A DNA stretch of 64,000 bases, taken from contig CAVOVE010000013.1 of the NCBI GenBank assembly GCA_963699775.1, positions 263,542 to 327,541 of the forward strand. Direction: 5' to 3'. A program made the translations under genes and the position numbers. Below are positions 62,522 through 64,000 of this stretch, piece by piece (within the stretch, counting starts at the first letter, position 1; each line of letters begins with the position of its first letter). The notes under the pieces were generated by a model. That model was not told where the DNA came from, did no database searches, and saw only the letters and a program-made list of their open reading frames with translations. Source of the stretch: an uncultured Candidatus Rokubacteria bacterium (GTDB lineage Bacteria > JAUVQV01 > DATDCY01).

Positions 62522-64000
62522 CTACACCTGCGCGATCATCTCCTCGATGACCCTGAACCCGCCGCGCCAGAACCCGGGGTCGCGCATGTCCACGCCCGCC
62601 TCCGCGAGGATCGCCTCCGGGGACGCCGATCCGCCGTGGGCGAGCAGGCGCAGGAATCCTGGCACGAAGCCAGCGCCCTCCTCTTTGTAGCGCCGGTAGA
62701 GCGAGAGCGAGAGCAGCATTCCGAAACTGTAGGCGTAGCAGTAGAACGGGACGTGGTAGATGTGCGGGATGGTGATCCACTCGTGCCGGAAGATCCCGTC
62801 GACCTCGATCGAATCGCCGAACTGCATCCGCAGATTCTCCAGGTAGGCGGCGCTCATCTCCTCGACCGTGGCGCCCTGCGCCGCCATCCGGTGCGCCCGA
62901 CGCTCGAACAGCACGAAGAACGCCTGGCGCAGCACCGTGGCGTACATGTCGTCGATTTTCGCGGCGATCATGTCGCGCCGGGTAGCGGCGTCCGTCTCGC
63001 GCTCGAGCAGCAGGTCGGTCAGGAGCATCTCGGAGAAGACGGACGCGGTCTCGGCCAGCGGCAGCGGCGCCTGGAACGTGAGCACGGAATGCTCGCGGGC
63101 CAGCAACGAGTGGATGGCGTGGCCGAGCTCGTGCGCGAGCGTGGCGACCTCGCGCGGCTCGCCGGTGTAGTTGATCAACACCCAGGGGTCGCGCTCCGGG
63201 GCGACGCTGTAGCAGAACGCCCCGCCCCGCTTGCCGGGCCTGACCCCGCTGTCGATGTGCCGCGACGCGAAGACGCGGCGGGCGAGGCTCGCCGCCTCCC
63301 CCGAAAACCGCGAGAACCCTTCCATGACCGTCTCCACGGCCTCGTCGAGCGGAATCCTGCGCTCGGCCTTCCCGCTCACCGGGGCGTAGAGGTCGAAGCG
63401 TCTGAGACGGTCCGTCCCGAGCCACCCCGCCTTGAGCCCGAAGTAGCGCTGAAAGACGGGGGCCTCCTCCTCGCAGACACCCAGCAGCGTCGAGACCACC
63501 TCCCCCGGGAGGTCGTTGGCCAGGTTGCGCACGTCGATCGGCGCGCCGAAGGAGCGCAGGGAGAGATTCTCGCCCGCCCAGTCGCGCACGCGGTTGACGT
63601 AGATCTGCCCGAGCACGGCCGTCTCGGCGCCGTACACCCGGTACTGCTCGCGGTACGCCGCCTCCCTGGTCCTGGCCGACGGATGGCGCACGTACGCGGC
63701 CAGCGCATCGCGGGTCAGGGTCCTGGTCTCGCCGTCCGCCTCGAGCGCGAAGGAGAACTTGTTGGTGATCAGGTCGTAGACCTTGATCAGCGCGTGCACG
63801 CCGTTGACGTCCTTGAGGTTGACCACCTGCTCCTCGGGCTCGCTGAGCGAGTGCCGGCTCATCAGGCGCTCCTTGACCAAGTAGTAGCGCAGGTCGCCGG
63901 CGCACGCCGTCAGCCGCGCGGCATTGCCGTCATCGAGCGCCCGCCACCACAGGCTGAAGAACAGCACGCGATTGTGGAGGTCCGCGACGACCTGCTCGAC
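62522..64000 (-). CDS. pepF: M3-family oligoendopeptidase F, C-terminal about 490 aa (N-terminus beyond the window end)
   Basis: The zinc motif HELGHAIH and ETASVFSEML. The frame stays open upstream to position 64000 (VEQVVADLHNRVLFFSLWW). Confidence 0.85.
   Translation of the reverse strand, partial: VEQVVADLHNRVLFFSLWWRALDDGNAARLTACAGDLRYYLVKERLMSRHSLSEPEEQVVNLKDVNGVHALIKVYDLITNKFSFALEADGETRTLTRDALAAYVRHPSARTREAAYREQYRVYGAETAVLGQIYVNRVRDWAGENLSLRSFGAPIDVRNLANDLPGEVVSTLLGVCEEEAPVFQRYFGLKAGWLGTDRLRRFDLYAPVSGKAERRIPLDEAVETVMEGFSRFSGEAASLARRVFASRHIDSGVRPGKRGGAFCYSVAPERDPWVLINYTGEPREVATLAHELGHAIHSLLAREHSVLTFQAPLPLAETASVFSEMLLTDLLLERETDAATRRDMIAAKIDDMYATVLRQAFFVLFERRAHRMAAQGATVEEMSAAYLENLRMQFGDSIEVDGIFRHEWITIPHIYHVPFYCYAYSFGMLLSLSLYRRYKEEGAGFVPGFLRLLAHGGSASPEAILAEAGVDMRDPGFWRGGFRVIEEMIAQV

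Noticed and set aside
59727-63905. Very long antisense or off-frame ORFs. This 1392-aa one is an example. Others are 3575..5062(-), 10664..12421(-), 26049..29291(-), 30062..32362(-), 15764..17224(+) and 17390..18538(+).
   Set aside because: Their translations are low-complexity Arg/Ala/Gly/Pro-rich strings with no motifs. They overlap well-supported genes on the other strand or frame. Stop-poor alternative frames are expected in very GC-rich DNA.

Overview
Very GC-rich bacterial chromosomal segment. The gene content suggests an anaerobe, but the taxon cannot be determined from this window. I computed nothing; all calls come from reading the sequence and the ORF track.

Gene content in order:
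- A response-regulator fragment and a symporter-fused histidine kinase.
- An 11-gene nuoABCDHIJKLMN complex I operon with no nuoEFG.
- A fused pabB-pabC.
- A GT2 plus GT-C glycosylation pair.
- A lipoprotein and coiled-coil envelope pair.
- A PHP phosphoesterase and YgiQ radical SAM protein.
- A small accessory patch: an orphan ORF, an IS630-type HTH remnant, a DUF2318-like protein and a VOC protein.
- A nitrogen-assimilation block: nadE, a class I GATase, canonical gltB-gltD, a di-haem cytochrome c, an inserted NERD-helicase gene, and type III glutamine synthetase glnN.
- A REC-PAS-GAF-GGDEF gene plus a Cys-rich PAS histidine kinase.
- A sigma54-fronted seven-gene operon, mvhD-metV-metF followed by four glutamate-synthase-derived ORFs. 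I consider this the best candidate for an undescribed system.
- A visibly less GC-rich block holding a secreted beta-propeller/PKD protein, a duplicated fragment of the GXGXG gene, a PilZ-like/SAM-methyltransferase fusion, a hybrid kinase and a second methyltransferase.
- A TAXI binding protein, an M24 peptidase and a partial pepF.

Major caveat: roughly 45-50 reading-frame breaks (my manual count) interrupt otherwise conserved genes between about 0.1 and 51.4 kb. Every break I could resolve is a +1 (single extra base) shift. None occurs in 15.8-21.4 kb, 24.1-28.0 kb or 51.6-64 kb. I therefore treat the breaks as probable sequence artefacts and annotate the broken genes as single CDSs. Break positions are accurate to about +/-30 nt.

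No rRNA, tRNA or CRISPR array was found.
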